From: Synechococcus sp. UW140
GTDB taxonomy: Bacteria; Cyanobacteriota; Cyanobacteriia; PCC-6307; Cyanobiaceae
DNA: 64,000 nucleotides
NCBI GenBank assembly: GCA_943369245.1
Contig: CALRMN020000015.1
Span: forward strand, 916-64,915
Reading direction: 5' to 3'
The notes beneath the pieces are model-generated. The model saw nothing but the letters and a program-made list of their open reading frames with translations, was not told the DNA's origin and made no database searches. Positions within the stretch are counted from its first letter, which is position 1; each line of letters opens with the position of its first letter. The translations under genes were made by a program, and so were the position numbers. This document shows positions 29,161-39,538 of this stretch, piece by piece.

Positions 29161-29192
29161 AACCCTGGAGCCTCAAGGCTCCAGGGTTTTTT
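29161..29192 (+). terminator. Intrinsic terminator, probably shared by the convergent 28658-29113 gene and clpB
   Basis: Perfect 12-bp stem AACCCTGGAGCC-tcaa-GGCTCCAGGGTT followed by a T run. Confidence 0.85.
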
Positions 29193-29208
29193 CTTAGGCA
29201 GCGGCGAA

Positions 29209-31842
29209 CTAGCCGGCCATCACCAGTTCATGGCTTCTGGCCTGCTGGAAGCGCAGATGGGCTGGGGTCTCCCCGGCTGTGGTCACGTCCACCGCGATCG
29301 TGCTGCCCTCAGGGAAGGTGCCGGCCAGGATCGCCTTGGCGATCGGCGTTTCCAGTTCGCGCTGGATCGCCCGCTTCAGCGGCCGTGCTCCATACACCGG
29401 GTCGTAGCCGGCATTGGCCAGCCAGTCGAGAGCAGCCCCATCAAGCTCCAGACCCAGCTTGCGGTCCTCCAGGCGCTGACGCAGGCGGGCCACCTGCAGC
29501 TCCACGATCTGGCGCAGTTCCTCGGCCCGCAGGCTGTGGAAGATGATCGATTCATCCAGACGGTTGAGGAACTCGGGCCGGAAGTGGGCGCGCAGGGCCT
29601 CGTTCACCCGCTTCTCCATCTCGCCGTGGCGGGCTGGATCACCGGCCAGGTCGAGGATCGAGGCGCTGCCGATGTTGCTGGTGAGGATCAGCACCGTGTT
29701 GGTGAAATCCACCGTGCGCCCCTGGCCGTCGGTGACACGGCCGTCATCGAGGATCTGCAGCATCACGTTGAACACATCGGGGTGGGCCTTCTCCACCTCG
29801 TCGAACAGGATCACGGCGTAGGGGCGTCGGCGCACCGCTTCGGTGAGCTGGCCACCCTCCTCGTAGCCCACATAGCCCGGAGGCGCTCCGATCAGCCGGC
29901 TCACGGCGTGTTTCTCCATGTATTCGCTCATGTCGATGCGCACCATGGCGTCATCGCTGTCGAACAGCTGGGAGGCCAGGGCCTTGGAGAGTTCCGTCTT
30001 GCCCACACCGGTGGGGCCGAGGAACAGGAAGCTGGCGATCGGGCGGTTGGGATCGGAGAGCCCCGCGCGGGAACGCTGAATCGCATCGGCCACGGCTGTC
30101 ACCGCCTGCTCCTGGCCGATCACACGGGTGTGCAGCTCCTCCTCCAGCTTCAGCAGCTTCTCCATCTCGCTCTGCACCAGCCGGCTCACGGGAATGCCGG
30201 TCCACTTGGCAATCACTTCGGCGATGTCGTCCTCGGTGACCTCCTCCCGCAGCAGCGTTTTCTCGCCATCACCGGCATTGAGCTCGGCCTCCTTGGCCGC
30301 CAGCTTCTTGTTCAGCTCCGCCAGGGTGCCGTATTCCAGCTCCGCGGCCTTGTTGAGGTCGTACTGGCGCTTGGCCTGCTCCACCTGCAGCTGCACCTGC
30401 TCGATCTCCTCCTTGATGGCGCTGAGCTGATCGATCGCTCCCTTCTCCTGCTGCCACTGGGCATTGAGGGCGCTCTGCTGCTCACTCAGATCGGCCAGTT
30501 CCTTCTGGAGCCGTTCCAGGCGGTCCTTGCTGGCGGCATCGGATTCGCGGCCCAGGGAGAGTTTCTCCATCTCCAGCTGCAGGATGCGGCGGTCGAGTTC
30601 ATCGATCGCCTCCGGCTTGGAGGTGATCACCATCTTCAGGCGCGCCGCCGATTCATCCATCAGATCGATCGCCTTGTCCGGCAGGAAGCGGTCGGCGATG
30701 TAGCGGCTGGAGAGCACCGCCGCCGCCACCAGGGCGTTGTCAGCGATGCGCACGCCGTGGTGCACCTCATAGCGCTCCTTCAGACCGCGCAGGATCGAGA
30801 TTGTGTCTTCCACCGTGGGCTGATCCACGAACACCTGCTGGAAGCGGCGCTCCAGAGCCGGATCCTTCTCGATGTGCTGACGGTGCTCATCGAGGGTGGT
30901 GGCGCCGATGCAGCGCAGTTCGCCTCTCGCCAGCATCGGCTTGAGCAGGTTGCTGGCATCCATGGCACCGCCGGTGGCACCGGCCCCCACCACCGTGTGG
31001 ATCTCGTCGATGAACAGCACAATCTGCCCTTCGCTGGAGGTCACCTCCTTGAGCACGGCCTTGAGCCGTTCCTCGAACTCACCGCGGTACTTGGCTCCGG
31101 CGATCAGGGCGCCCATGTCGAGGGCGATCAGCTGCCGATTCTGCAGCGCCTGCGGTACATCACCATTGACGATGCGCTGAGCCAGGCCCTCCACGATCGC
31201 GGTCTTGCCCACGCCGGGTTCACCGATCAGCACCGGGTTGTTCTTGGTGCGGCGGCTGAGGATCTGGATCGTGCGGCGGATCTCCTCGTCGCGGCCGATC
31301 ACCGGATCCAGCTTGCCGTCGCGGGCCGCCTGGGTGAGATCGCGGCCGTACTTCTCGAGGGATTCGTAGGTGCCTTCGGGGTTCTGATCGGTCACGCTCT
31401 GGTTGCCGCGCACGGCCTGGACGGCGTCCTTGAGTTTGTCAGCGCTGGTGCCGGCCTGGGAGAGCAGCCGCTTGCCGCAGCGGTCATCGATCGCCAGGGC
31501 CAGCAGCAGGTGCTCGATCGAGATGAAGCTGTCGCCGTAGGTCGCCTTGAGCTGTTCGGCCTGATCGAGCACCTCATTGAGGCCTTTGCCGAGGAACACG
31601 TTCTCCGGAGCGGCGCCGAGGCTGGGCTGGCGCGAGAGGAAGGACTCCACCGACTGGTTCAGGGCTGCCACATCGACGCCGGCCTTCTCGAGGATGCGGG
31701 TGGCCAGTCCGGGCTGGCTGATCAGGCTGGCGAAGAGATGCTCGCTCTCCAGTTGTTGCTGCCGGCGCTGCTTGGCCAGCTGCTGAGCGGCCACGATGGC
31801 GGCCCAGGCCTTCTCCGTGAACGCTTCGGCGGTGGGGTGCAT
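29209..31842 (-). CDS. clpB: ATP-dependent chaperone ClpB
   Basis: [64 protein letters not shown], middle coiled-coil domain; ATG at 31842 with SD AGAGGAG. Confidence 0.98.
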   Translation of the reverse strand: MHPTAEAFTEKAWAAIVAAQQLAKQRRQQQLESEHLFASLISQPGLATRILEKAGVDVAALNQSVESFLSRQPSLGAAPENVFLGKGLNEVLDQAEQLKATYGDSFISIEHLLLALAIDDRCGKRLLSQAGTSADKLKDAVQAVRGNQSVTDQNPEGTYESLEKYGRDLTQAARDGKLDPVIGRDEEIRRTIQILSRRTKNNPVLIGEPGVGKTAIVEGLAQRIVNGDVPQALQNRQLIALDMGALIAGAKYRGEFEERLKAVLKEVTSSEGQIVLFIDEIHTVVGAGATGGAMDASNLLKPMLARGELRCIGATTLDEHRQHIEKDPALERRFQQVFVDQPTVEDTISILRGLKERYEVHHGVRIADNALVAAAVLSSRYIADRFLPDKAIDLMDESAARLKMVITSKPEAIDELDRRILQLEMEKLSLGRESDAASKDRLERLQKELADLSEQQSALNAQWQQEKGAIDQLSAIKEEIEQVQLQVEQAKRQYDLNKAAELEYGTLAELNKKLAAKEAELNAGDGEKTLLREEVTEDDIAEVIAKWTGIPVSRLVQSEMEKLLKLEEELHTRVIGQEQAVTAVADAIQRSRAGLSDPNRPIASFLFLGPTGVGKTELSKALASQLFDSDDAMVRIDMSEYMEKHAVSRLIGAPPGYVGYEEGGQLTEAVRRRPYAVILFDEVEKAHPDVFNVMLQILDDGRVTDGQGRTVDFTNTVLILTSNIGSASILDLAGDPARHGEMEKRVNEALRAHFRPEFLNRLDESIIFHSLRAEELRQIVELQVARLRQRLEDRKLGLELDGAALDWLANAGYDPVYGARPLKRAIQRELETPIAKAILAGTFPEGSTIAVDVTTAGETPAHLRFQQARSHELVMAG

Positions 31843-31973
31843 GGAGGATCTCCTCTTGGGTGGTCGTTGGAGGAAGGCTATGAACGACCCCAAGGCCAGC
31901 ACAGGATGGGTAGCCCGAAACAATTGGCGAATCATCCGAACGGCAGTTCAGGCCGGTCCGTAACGTCAAGCCC

Positions 31974-32465
31974 ATGCCACGCCCGCACCCGATGTCCAGG
32001 ACCCGTTCTCTCCTCGCGCTCGCCGCCCTCTCGCTGCTGTCAGCGGGCCTGGCCCCCGGCGCTGAGGCCGCCAGCTGCAGCTACCTGCCGGCCGTGGGGG
32101 GAGGCACCAGCGTCAGCAAGTCGATCCAGTTGAACGGCCCCTTGGTGTTCCCCTTCGGCCGCACCAACTTCAACACCGACTTCACGGTGAACCGGGCCTT
32201 CTCCAGTTACAAGGTGAACTTCAAGTCCACCTCCACGGAGCGTGGCCCCTACCCCATCCAGGCCTACCTCAAGTTCAGCGATGGCACCAATCTGCAGGTG
32301 GTGAATGAAACCCTTGATGCCCCCCCGGGGCTGTTTCGCCAGTTCGGCCCCTTCTACCCGCCGGCCGGCAAGCTGGTGACACAGGTGAATGTGAAAGTGG
32401 GCTCGGGCTACAACGCCAACGCCACCGGCTTCAGCTACACGATCTCGGTGTTCGGCTGCCGCTGA
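31974..32465 (+). CDS. Hypothetical secreted protein
   Basis: Signal peptide with AxA cleavage (AEAA); beta-rich mature region with a Cys near each end. Confidence 0.75.
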   Translation: MPRPHPMSRTRSLLALAALSLLSAGLAPGAEAASCSYLPAVGGGTSVSKSIQLNGPLVFPFGRTNFNTDFTVNRAFSSYKVNFKSTSTERGPYPIQAYLKFSDGTNLQVVNETLDAPPGLFRQFGPFYPPAGKLVTQVNVKVGSGYNANATGFSYTISVFGCR

Positions 32466-32486
32466 GGGAGCGAAAGCGAACCCGCT

Positions 32487-32822
32487 TCAGAGGTCCAGGC
32501 TCGGCACGGCCCGCGGGCAGAGCCTGAGCGGGCAACCGTCGGCGCTGTAGATGGCATCCGCCGCCGAAAGGCAGCCGCCGGCGTTCTTGCGCGGCACCTG
32601 TCGTGGCTCGATCCGCAGCGGCTGAAGCGCCGAGTCCCGCAGGGGAACCAGCAGCGGGCAGGCAGCACCCGGCACCCTGGGCGCGCTGGACAGGGGCGGT
32701 ACCGCCAGGGGCTGCTGGGCCAGGGCGGAAGCGGGGGCGCCGAGCATAAGGGGCAGCGCCGCCAGAAGGCTCGTCAGGCTCAGACCGTCGGCGAGCGAAC
32801 CGTTCAGAACTGGAGTTGCCAT
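32487..32822 (-). CDS. Hypothetical small exported protein with four Cys
   Basis: Hydrophobic N-terminus ending ALA; GGCLSAADAIYSADGCP motif. Confidence 0.6.
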   Translation of the reverse strand: MATPVLNGSLADGLSLTSLLAALPLMLGAPASALAQQPLAVPPLSSAPRVPGAACPLLVPLRDSALQPLRIEPRQVPRKNAGGCLSAADAIYSADGCPLRLCPRAVPSLDL

Positions 32823-32858
32823 GATGACGCCGCGTCAGGCCACGGGTCCAGGGTAGGG

Positions 32859-33065
32859 ATGAGCAACGAGGAGAGGGAAGCCCTGGTGCTGCGCCTGGCG
32901 CAGGAATCCCGCGACTTCGAGGGCACCAGCAAGGATCCGGAGCGCAACTGCTGGCTGGTGGTGCACCGCCACGCCCATGGGGTGCTGCCCAGCGAATACG
33001 ACATCCGCGACGTGCCCGAAGACCTCTACCTCGAAGTGCTCGCCAGGCGCCGCGAACTCAGCTGA
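32859..33065 (+). CDS. Small hypothetical protein (68 aa)
   Basis: ATG start, GC3-rich codon usage, CWLVVHRHAHGVLPSEYDIRD. Confidence 0.7.
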   Translation: MSNEEREALVLRLAQESRDFEGTSKDPERNCWLVVHRHAHGVLPSEYDIRDVPEDLYLEVLARRRELS

Positions 33066-33316
33066 GGCTTCCGGCCGGTCACTGAGCTCAGCAGATCGGC
33101 CACGGGGGCGATCCGGGCCCGCTCCAGGAACCTGGAGGCAGCCTCCGCGGCACTGGCCTGTTGCAGATCGGCCCACTCGATCGGGTAGCCCAAGGCCCTG
33201 GCCCTCTCGATCAGCCCTTGCCAGGGCCGGTCGTGATCACCCTGGCGCAGGAGGGCCCTCAGCCCAGGCTGGTGCTCGGCGTCGGCCACCAGCCGCCGCA
33301 GGTGTTCAAGGGACAT
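33026..33316 (-). CDS. Nif11-like leader domain protein
   Basis: MSLEHLRRLVADAEHQPGLRALL...LIERARALGYPIEWADL resembles the Nif11 domain pattern. Confidence 0.6.
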   Translation of the reverse strand: MSLEHLRRLVADAEHQPGLRALLRQGDHDRPWQGLIERARALGYPIEWADLQQASAAEAASRFLERARIAPVADLLSSVTGRKPQLSSRRLASTSR

Positions 33317-33388
33317 CCCACTGCTTCATCGGTCGTGGTCACCATCGCTCTGCCGAGCGGGCCTGGCCAGGGACCGCACACAAAGCAC

Positions 33389-33415
33389 AAAAAAACCACC
33401 CCTGGCAGGGGTGGT
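33389..33415 (-). terminator. Intrinsic terminator downstream of petJ
   Basis: ACCACCCCT-ggc-AGGGGTGGT stem next to an A7 run on the + strand (U-tract on the - strand). Confidence 0.8.
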
Positions 33416-33455
33416 GAGTGAAGACAATGCTCAAGCGATGGCAGGGAGCCCGGAC

Positions 33456-33797
33456 TCAGGCCCAGCCCTTGGAAGCCATTTCCTCGACGTAGGCGGCCAC
33501 ATCGGCAATGTCGCCTTCGGTGAGCTTGCCGGTGAAGGCGGGCATGGCGTTCTTGCCGTTGGTGACCTGCGTGACGATGGCCGCTTCATGGTCGCTGCTG
33601 TAGTTGGCCAGATAGGCCTCGAGAGCATCGGCCTTGAGCGTGCGCTCGGCGTTCACCACATTGCCGCCGCCCATGTGGCAGGCAGCGCAGTTGGCGGAGA
33701 AGATCTGCCCGCCGTGGGCAGCGTCGGCGGCAAAGCTGGGGGCGGCTCCCAGCAGCAGTGCCAGGCAGACGGCGAAGAATGAAAGCAGGCGACGCAT
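33456..33797 (-). CDS. petJ: Cytochrome c6
   Basis: Signal peptide, GGQIFSANCAACH (CxxCH), GKNAMPAF, IADVAAYV. Confidence 0.96.
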   Translation of the reverse strand: MRRLLSFFAVCLALLLGAAPSFAADAAHGGQIFSANCAACHMGGGNVVNAERTLKADALEAYLANYSSDHEAAIVTQVTNGKNAMPAFTGKLTEGDIADVAAYVEEMASKGWA

Positions 33798-33840
33798 CAG
33801 GGAGGCGAGCAATGGAGCGGGCAACCCGTCAAAAATAGAG

Positions 33841-33871
33841 TCCCGCCACCGGATCGGAGCCGGCGGCGGGA
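33841..33871 (-). terminator. Hairpin between petE and petJ (terminator or processing site)
   Basis: On the - strand TCCCGCCGCCGG-ctccgat-CCGGTGGCGGGA (12 bp, one G-U), then CTCTATTTTT. Confidence 0.6.
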
Positions 33872-33910
33872 GCGGATCGAAACAATGTCGTTACCGAGCC
33901 CCAATCGGGT

Positions 33911-34303
33911 TCACTCGACGATCACCTTGCCGACCATGCCGGCTCCGCGGTGGGGCTCGCACCAGTAGTCGTAGGTGCCGGCCTGATCGAAGGTTTCATC
34001 CCAGCTCTCCCCGGGGGCGAAGGCCAGGGTGGTGTGGCTGAGCTCCTCGTGGCCATCGAAGACGGCGTTGTGGGGGGCCAGCTTGTTGTTCACGAAGTGG
34101 ACCGTGTCACCCTTGCTGATCGTGACCACACTCGGCTCGAACGCCAGCATGCCGCCGTCGGTGCCGAGTTTCACCTCAATGGTGGCGGCCTCGGCCGGCT
34201 GCACGGAGCTGACGCTCACCAGCACCAGCAGGGCCCCGAGCAGCGCAAAGGAGGCGACGCCGCTCAGAAGGCGAGCCGCGGAAGCCATCAGAGCTCGAAC
34301 CAT
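33911..34303 (-). CDS. petE: Plastocyanin
   Basis: [32 protein letters not shown] type-1 copper ligands; start at 34303 or 34288. Confidence 0.97.
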   Translation of the reverse strand: MVRALMASAARLLSGVASFALLGALLVLVSVSSVQPAEAATIEVKLGTDGGMLAFEPSVVTISKGDTVHFVNNKLAPHNAVFDGHEELSHTTLAFAPGESWDETFDQAGTYDYWCEPHRGAGMVGKVIVE

Positions 34304-34339
34304 CAGGACGTCCTAACACTGATCAAAGTGTATGCGTCT

Positions 34340-35350
34340 TCACACAGCGCCGCGGTGAGGCAGGCCCGCCAGCTCGAACACCGCCTCGAGACTGGGGGCA
34401 TGGCTCACCAGACCGAAGCGCTCCGGCGGGCTCACCGGGTCGTGGATGAAGTGGCGCTGGCGGATGCTGAAGCGGTCCCAGGCATTCACCTCGATCGGCA
34501 GCACCCGGATCAGGGCTTCGATCCACCAGCCGTTCAGCGCCAGCCCCAGCGGCGGCCGCCAGCTGCGACGCCAGCGGCAGAGGCGGCTGACGGTATCGTC
34601 GACTGTGACGGCCGGCTGCCCCAGCACCAGTCGGCGCAGCGGCCCCTGATCCGGCTCCGGATTGGGCTGGTGGGGGTTGAGGGCCAGATGGGCGCAGACC
34701 AGGGCGATGTCAACGGCATGGATGAAATGGAAGCTGGCCTCCGCCCGCAGCCACTTCGCCAGCCACAGCCAGCGCACCGCCTCCCTGAGGCCGGCCGTGA
34801 GGTAGCTGGTGGGGAGGGGATCGCCGCCACCCACCGATCCGCCGAACACGAGGGTGGGAAAGACCGCCACGATCCGCTCGGCCAGGGGATGGCGCTCCAG
34901 CTGCTGCAGACAGAGGGCCTTGGTCTGGATGTACTCGGTGCCGTAGGCCGCCGCTTCGGGCAGCAGTTTCAGCTGGCGATCGAGAATGCTGGCAGTGGAG
35001 AAATAGATGATCTGCTCCAGCCGATCGGGATCGAGCCGGCCCAGCAGCTCTTTGACGGCCACCACATTCACCTGCTGGGCCCGCTCGGGATCACCCCAGG
35101 CGGTGGCGGTGTGGATCACCCTGGTGGCCGAGGCGATCGCGGCGGCGTGGGGCTCCTGATCGCGCAGATCCCCCACCAGCAGGGTGATGCGCGGGTGCTG
35201 CCGGGGCACGGCCGTGAGCTTGGCGGGATCCCGCAGCCAGAGCAGCAGCTCGGCCTCGGAGTTGGTGAGCAATTGCTGGGCAATGGCCTGGCCGACGCAT
35301 CCGCTCGCTCCCGTGATCAGAATCCGGGAGCGTCCGTTCGCGCCGCTCAA
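34340..35350 (-). CDS. NAD-dependent epimerase/dehydratase family protein
   Basis: [11 protein letters not shown] Rossmann motif, HTATAWG, YFSTAS, YIQTK. Confidence 0.88.
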   Translation of the reverse strand: MSGANGRSRILITGASGCVGQAIAQQLLTNSEAELLLWLRDPAKLTAVPRQHPRITLLVGDLRDQEPHAAAIASATRVIHTATAWGDPERAQQVNVVAVKELLGRLDPDRLEQIIYFSTASILDRQLKLLPEAAAYGTEYIQTKALCLQQLERHPLAERIVAVFPTLVFGGSVGGGDPLPTSYLTAGLREAVRWLWLAKWLRAEASFHFIHAVDIALVCAHLALNPHQPNPEPDQGPLRRLVLGQPAVTVDDTVSRLCRWRRSWRPPLGLALNGWWIEALIRVLPIEVNAWDRFSIRQRHFIHDPVSPPERFGLVSHAPSLEAVFELAGLPHRGAV

Positions 35351-36405
35351 ACGGCTGCCCCCAGCAGCTCGTTCACCGACTTGCCGGCCTCGAAGAACAC
35401 CCGGGCGTTCTCCTCGGGCGTGCCCGGCAGGATGCCATGGCCGAGGTTGAGGATGTGGCGGCGGCCCCGGGCCTTGAGCACGGTGTCGACGATGCGTGCC
35501 CTGATCGCCTCCGGCGTGCCGAAGAGCAGGCCTGGATCCACATTGCCCTGCACACCGAGGTGCTGCGGCAGACGGGCGCAGCCGTCGGCCATGTCCACGG
35601 TCCAGTCGAGCGAGATGAAATCGACGCCGGTGGTGGCCATCCGCTCCAGCACACCGGCGCTGCCGGAGATGTAGAGAATCAGGGGGGTGTCCGGATGCTT
35701 CGCTTTGACCTGATCCACCACCCGTTTCTGATAAGGAGCCGCGAACACGTCGTAGTCGATCGGGCTGAGTTGACCCGCCCAGGAATCGAACAGCTGCACC
35801 ACCTGGGCGCCGCTCTCGATCTGATAGCTCACGTAAGCGGCGATCGAATCGGCCAGGAGGCCCAGCAGGCGGTGCAGCAGCGCCGGCTCCTGGAAGGCCA
35901 TCGCCTTGATCACGGCGTAGTTCTTGCTGCTCCTGCCCTCCACCGCATAGGCGGCGAGGGTCCAGGGAGCCCCCACGAAGCCCAGCACTGCCGCCTCATT
36001 GCCCACGCTCTGGCGCAGCCGGCCCAGGACCTCGCCCACGAATGGAAGTGAAGCCGCGGCATCCAGGGGCCTCAGCGCCTCCACCTGGGCGAGGGTCCGG
36101 ATCGGTGGGTCGATGATCGGCCCCTTGCTCTCGATGATGTCGAAGTCGATGCCCATCCCCGGCAGCGGCGTGAGGATGTCGGAGAAGAGAATCACCCCAT
36201 CGGGCTGAAAGGCCCGATACGGCTGCATCGAGATCTCATAGGAGAGATCGGGCTGCTCCGAGCGTTCCCGGAAGCCCGGATGACGGTCGCGCAGGTCGCG
36301 GTAGACCTTCATGTAGCGCCCGGCCTGGCGCATCATCCAGACCGGGGGCCGCTCCACCTGCTCACCTCGGGCGGCGCGCAGCAGCAGGGGGAGCGTTTCG
36401 GCCAT
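35347..36405 (-). CDS. hemE: Uroporphyrinogen decarboxylase
   Basis: [42 protein letters not shown]. Confidence 0.98.
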   Translation of the reverse strand: MAETLPLLLRAARGEQVERPPVWMMRQAGRYMKVYRDLRDRHPGFRERSEQPDLSYEISMQPYRAFQPDGVILFSDILTPLPGMGIDFDIIESKGPIIDPPIRTLAQVEALRPLDAAASLPFVGEVLGRLRQSVGNEAAVLGFVGAPWTLAAYAVEGRSSKNYAVIKAMAFQEPALLHRLLGLLADSIAAYVSYQIESGAQVVQLFDSWAGQLSPIDYDVFAAPYQKRVVDQVKAKHPDTPLILYISGSAGVLERMATTGVDFISLDWTVDMADGCARLPQHLGVQGNVDPGLLFGTPEAIRARIVDTVLKARGRRHILNLGHGILPGTPEENARVFFEAGKSVNELLGAAV

Positions 36406-36431
36406 GGGTGAAGAGAATGCCAGGGGCGAAC

Positions 36432-38741
36432 CTACCCGACGGCACCACCTGTTTCGGTGGCTTCGTCACAGAGGGTCTGGCTGCGCGCCGGGTCGTGCTG
36501 CAGCACCAGCACGCTCAGGGGCGGCAGGCAGAGGTCGAGTGACTGCTCGTAGCCATGCAGCGGCCACTCGTCGCTGAATTTGCCCCCCAGATTGCCGAGG
36601 TTGCTGCCGCCGTAGCGGCTGCTGTCGGTGTTGAAGGCTTCGGCGTAGTAGCCCTCCTTCGGCACCCCCACCCGGTAGTGGGAATGGCTCTGGGGGGTGA
36701 AGTTGGCGACCACCACCACCCAGCGGCCGGTGAGGTTCTCCCGGCGCATGAAGCTGATCACCGAATGGGAGCTGTCGCTGCAGTCGATCCACTGGAAGCC
36801 GTAGTGGTCGAAGTCGTCCCGCCAGAGGGCCGGCTCCTCGCGGTAGAAGCGGTTGAGGTCGTCGACCAGGTTGCGCAGCCCCTGATGGGCCTCGTACTGC
36901 AGCAGGTCCCACTGCAGGTCGCCCCAGACGTTCCATTCGGAGCGCTGGCCGAACTCCATGCCCATGAAGATGGTCTTCTTGCCCGGGTGGGTCCACATGT
37001 AGGCGAGCAGGGCGCGCACATTGGCGAACTTCTGCCAGTCGTCGCCCGGCATCTTGTGCAGCAGATGGCTCTTGCCATGCACCACTTCATCGTGGCTGAG
37101 AGCCAGCATGAAGTTCTCGGTGTAGTGGTACATGATCGAGAACGTGACATTGTTCTGGTGGAACTGGCGGAACCAGGGATCCAGCTCGAAGTAATCGAGC
37201 ATGTCGTGCATCCAGCCCATGTTCCACTTGAGGTTGAACCCGAGGCCACCCATGTCGGTGGGCTTGGTCACCATCGGCCAGGTGGTGGATTCCTCCGCAA
37301 TCGAGAGGGCACCGGGGAAGTGGTGGAACAGCACCGAATTGGCCTGCTGCAGGAAGCGCACGGCTTCCAGGTTCTCCCGCCCCCCGTGCTCGTTCGCCAG
37401 CCATTCGCCTTCGGGACGCAGGTAGTCGCGGTAGAGCATCGAGGCCACCGCATCCACCCGGATGCCGTCGATGTGGAACTCCTCGAACCAGTACACCAGG
37501 TTCGCCACCAGGAAGTTGCGCACCTCGTTGCGGCTGTAGTTGAAGATCAGCGTGCCCCACTCCTTGTGCTCGCCGATGCGGGAATCGGCGTGCTCATAGA
37601 GGTGGCAGCCATCAAAGAAGGCCAGGCCATGGCTGTCCTTGGGAAAGTGACCGGGCACCCAGTCGAGGATCACCCCGAGCCCTGCGGCATGACAGCGATC
37701 CACGAAGGCCCGGAATTCATCGGGCGGACCGAAACGGCTGGTGGGGGCGTAGAAGCCCGTCACCTGATACCCCCAGGAGCCATCGAAGGGATGCTCGGCG
37801 ACCGGCATCAGCTCCAGGTGGGTGAACCCGCGCTCCTTCACGTAGGGGATCAGCCGGTCGGCCAGCTCGGGATAGGTGAGCAGGCGTGCGCCGGGCTTGA
37901 GATCCGCGGCCGCCACGGTCGGCCGCGGGCTGCCGTCGGCCTCCAGGAAGGGCTGATCGGCAGGGCCGTGCATCCAGCTGCCCAGGTGCAGTTCATACAC
38001 CGAGATCGGCTGGTTCAGAGGATCGCGGCCATCGCGCTCGGCCAGCCAGGCCTGATCGCCCCAGCGGTACTGGCCCAGCTGGGAGACCACCGAGCCCTGG
38101 CGGGGGCGGACCTCGTGCTGGAAGCCGTAGGGATCGGCCTTCACATAGCAGTGGCCCTCGGGGGAGCGCACTTCGTATTTATAGAGATCTCCGGGTTTCA
38201 GCCCGGGCACGAACAGTTCCCAGATCCCGCCGATGCGCAGCTGCATCGGGTGATGCCGACCATCCCAGCTGTTGCATTCAGCCAGCAGGGCCACACTGCG
38301 GGCATTGGGGGCCCAGAGGGCGAACTGCACGCCGGCGATGCCATCGCGCTCGCAGGGGTGGGCGCCGAGACGGCGCCAGATGTGATGGTGGTTGCCCTCG
38401 GCGAAGAGATGGCGATCGAGTTCGCCCATCCACTCTTCGCGGAAGGCCCACGGGTCATGCTGCTGGTGCTCGATGCCCCCACGCTGCACCCTGTATTCGT
38501 AGCGGCGGCCCGGGTCTTCGCTCAGCTCGACTTCAAACACCCACGGATGGTTGGGCGTGGCCATCGGCAGGGTGCGGCCATGGAGCACCAGGTCCACCTG
38601 GCTCGCCTCCGGCATCCAGGCCCTCACCACCCAGCCATCACCGTGGGGCTGGGGACCCAGCACGGCGAAAGGATGATCGTGCCGGCAGTCCTGAAGCCTC
38701 TGGCCGTCTTGGACCATCCATTCGAGGCTGGAGGGGGGCAT
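36432..38741 (-). CDS. glgB: 1,4-alpha-glucan branching enzyme
   Basis: [52 protein letters not shown]. Confidence 0.98.
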   Translation of the reverse strand: MPPSSLEWMVQDGQRLQDCRHDHPFAVLGPQPHGDGWVVRAWMPEASQVDLVLHGRTLPMATPNHPWVFEVELSEDPGRRYEYRVQRGGIEHQQHDPWAFREEWMGELDRHLFAEGNHHHIWRRLGAHPCERDGIAGVQFALWAPNARSVALLAECNSWDGRHHPMQLRIGGIWELFVPGLKPGDLYKYEVRSPEGHCYVKADPYGFQHEVRPRQGSVVSQLGQYRWGDQAWLAERDGRDPLNQPISVYELHLGSWMHGPADQPFLEADGSPRPTVAAADLKPGARLLTYPELADRLIPYVKERGFTHLELMPVAEHPFDGSWGYQVTGFYAPTSRFGPPDEFRAFVDRCHAAGLGVILDWVPGHFPKDSHGLAFFDGCHLYEHADSRIGEHKEWGTLIFNYSRNEVRNFLVANLVYWFEEFHIDGIRVDAVASMLYRDYLRPEGEWLANEHGGRENLEAVRFLQQANSVLFHHFPGALSIAEESTTWPMVTKPTDMGGLGFNLKWNMGWMHDMLDYFELDPWFRQFHQNNVTFSIMYHYTENFMLALSHDEVVHGKSHLLHKMPGDDWQKFANVRALLAYMWTHPGKKTIFMGMEFGQRSEWNVWGDLQWDLLQYEAHQGLRNLVDDLNRFYREEPALWRDDFDHYGFQWIDCSDSSHSVISFMRRENLTGRWVVVVANFTPQSHSHYRVGVPKEGYYAEAFNTDSSRYGGSNLGNLGGKFSDEWPLHGYEQSLDLCLPPLSVLVLQHDPARSQTLCDEATETGGAVG

Positions 38742-38797
38742 CGAGCATGAGCGGACGGAACGGGAGCTTAGGCCGGCAGATCCTCGGCTCCCAGCGC

Positions 38798-39514
38798 TCA
38801 GGGCAAGGGGGTGCCGGGTTGGCCCGGATCCTCAGGGAAGTCGACACCGATGATGTGACCCTGGGCGTCGAAGATCACGAACAGGTTGTCGGTGACCCGC
38901 TGAAACTGGGTGGTGACGAGCACCAGCTGCTGAGGCCCCCCTTCACTGGCCACCACGGTTGCGCGCAGGCGCTGGAATGACCCGGTGAGTTTCTCGAGAT
39001 TCTTCCAGCGGTTGAGCAGATCCTGGGGGGTGATCTCGTCCTGGAGATCCCTGATCAACAGGCTGCGGGCATCCACCACCCGGCCCTGGCTGAGGGCCGT
39101 GATGAAGTTGGTGGCGATCTGCTTGATCGGCTTGTCCTGCTGATCGAGTTCCCAGCCCAGCAGACGTCCACGGCCATCGAGCACCAGCACGAGGGGACGG
39201 TTACCGCTGGGCCCCCTCAGCACCGCTTCCACGGTGCTGTCGTCCACCCCCGTCGACACCTCGGTGATGCGGCTGCCCAGGATGGGGCCCTGCTGTTGCA
39301 GGCGCTCCCGTACCCGCTCCACCGTGGTCAGCTTCTGCAGGTCCGGTGCCAGACGGTCGAACACGGCCTGACTGTCCTGACGCTTGAGGGCATCGAGCAA
39401 CACCTGCCCGGCTGCTCTGGCCTGGGCAGGCTCCAGCGCGGAGGTGGCCAGAGCACCACCACCATGAAGTCCACAGGCCAGGGCCATCGCCAGCAGAGGG
39501 ACGCGCAGGTTCAC
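38798..39514 (-). CDS. DUF3887-like exported protein (two tandem NTF2-like units)
   Basis: Signal peptide; two similar halves; ends [17 protein letters not shown]. Confidence 0.7.
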   Translation of the reverse strand: MNLRVPLLAMALACGLHGGGALATSALEPAQARAAGQVLLDALKRQDSQAVFDRLAPDLQKLTTVERVRERLQQQGPILGSRITEVSTGVDDSTVEAVLRGPSGNRPLVLVLDGRGRLLGWELDQQDKPIKQIATNFITALSQGRVVDARSLLIRDLQDEITPQDLLNRWKNLEKLTGSFQRLRATVVASEGGPQQLVLVTTQFQRVTDNLFVIFDAQGHIIGVDFPEDPGQPGTPLP

Positions 39515-39538
39515 GGAGGGGCGGGCGTTGAGCTGGCG

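Noticed and set aside
29230-32133. 967-aa ORF antisense to clpB
   Set aside because: Shadow ORF caused by GC3-biased codon usage of the real gene; no recognisable domain
33026-33316. Nif11 protein as a RiPP precursor exported by the HlyB system
   Set aside because: No double-Gly site or core peptide, no modifying enzymes nearby, and the transporter's C39 domain lacks the catalytic Cys
36555-38750. 731-aa ORF antisense to glgB, and similar long antisense ORFs (15243-18068, 10231-12156, 52049-54055, 54141-56045, 56561-58102)
   Set aside because: Each mirrors a well-supported gene on the other strand and has the Ala/Gly/His/Gln-rich composition of shadow frames
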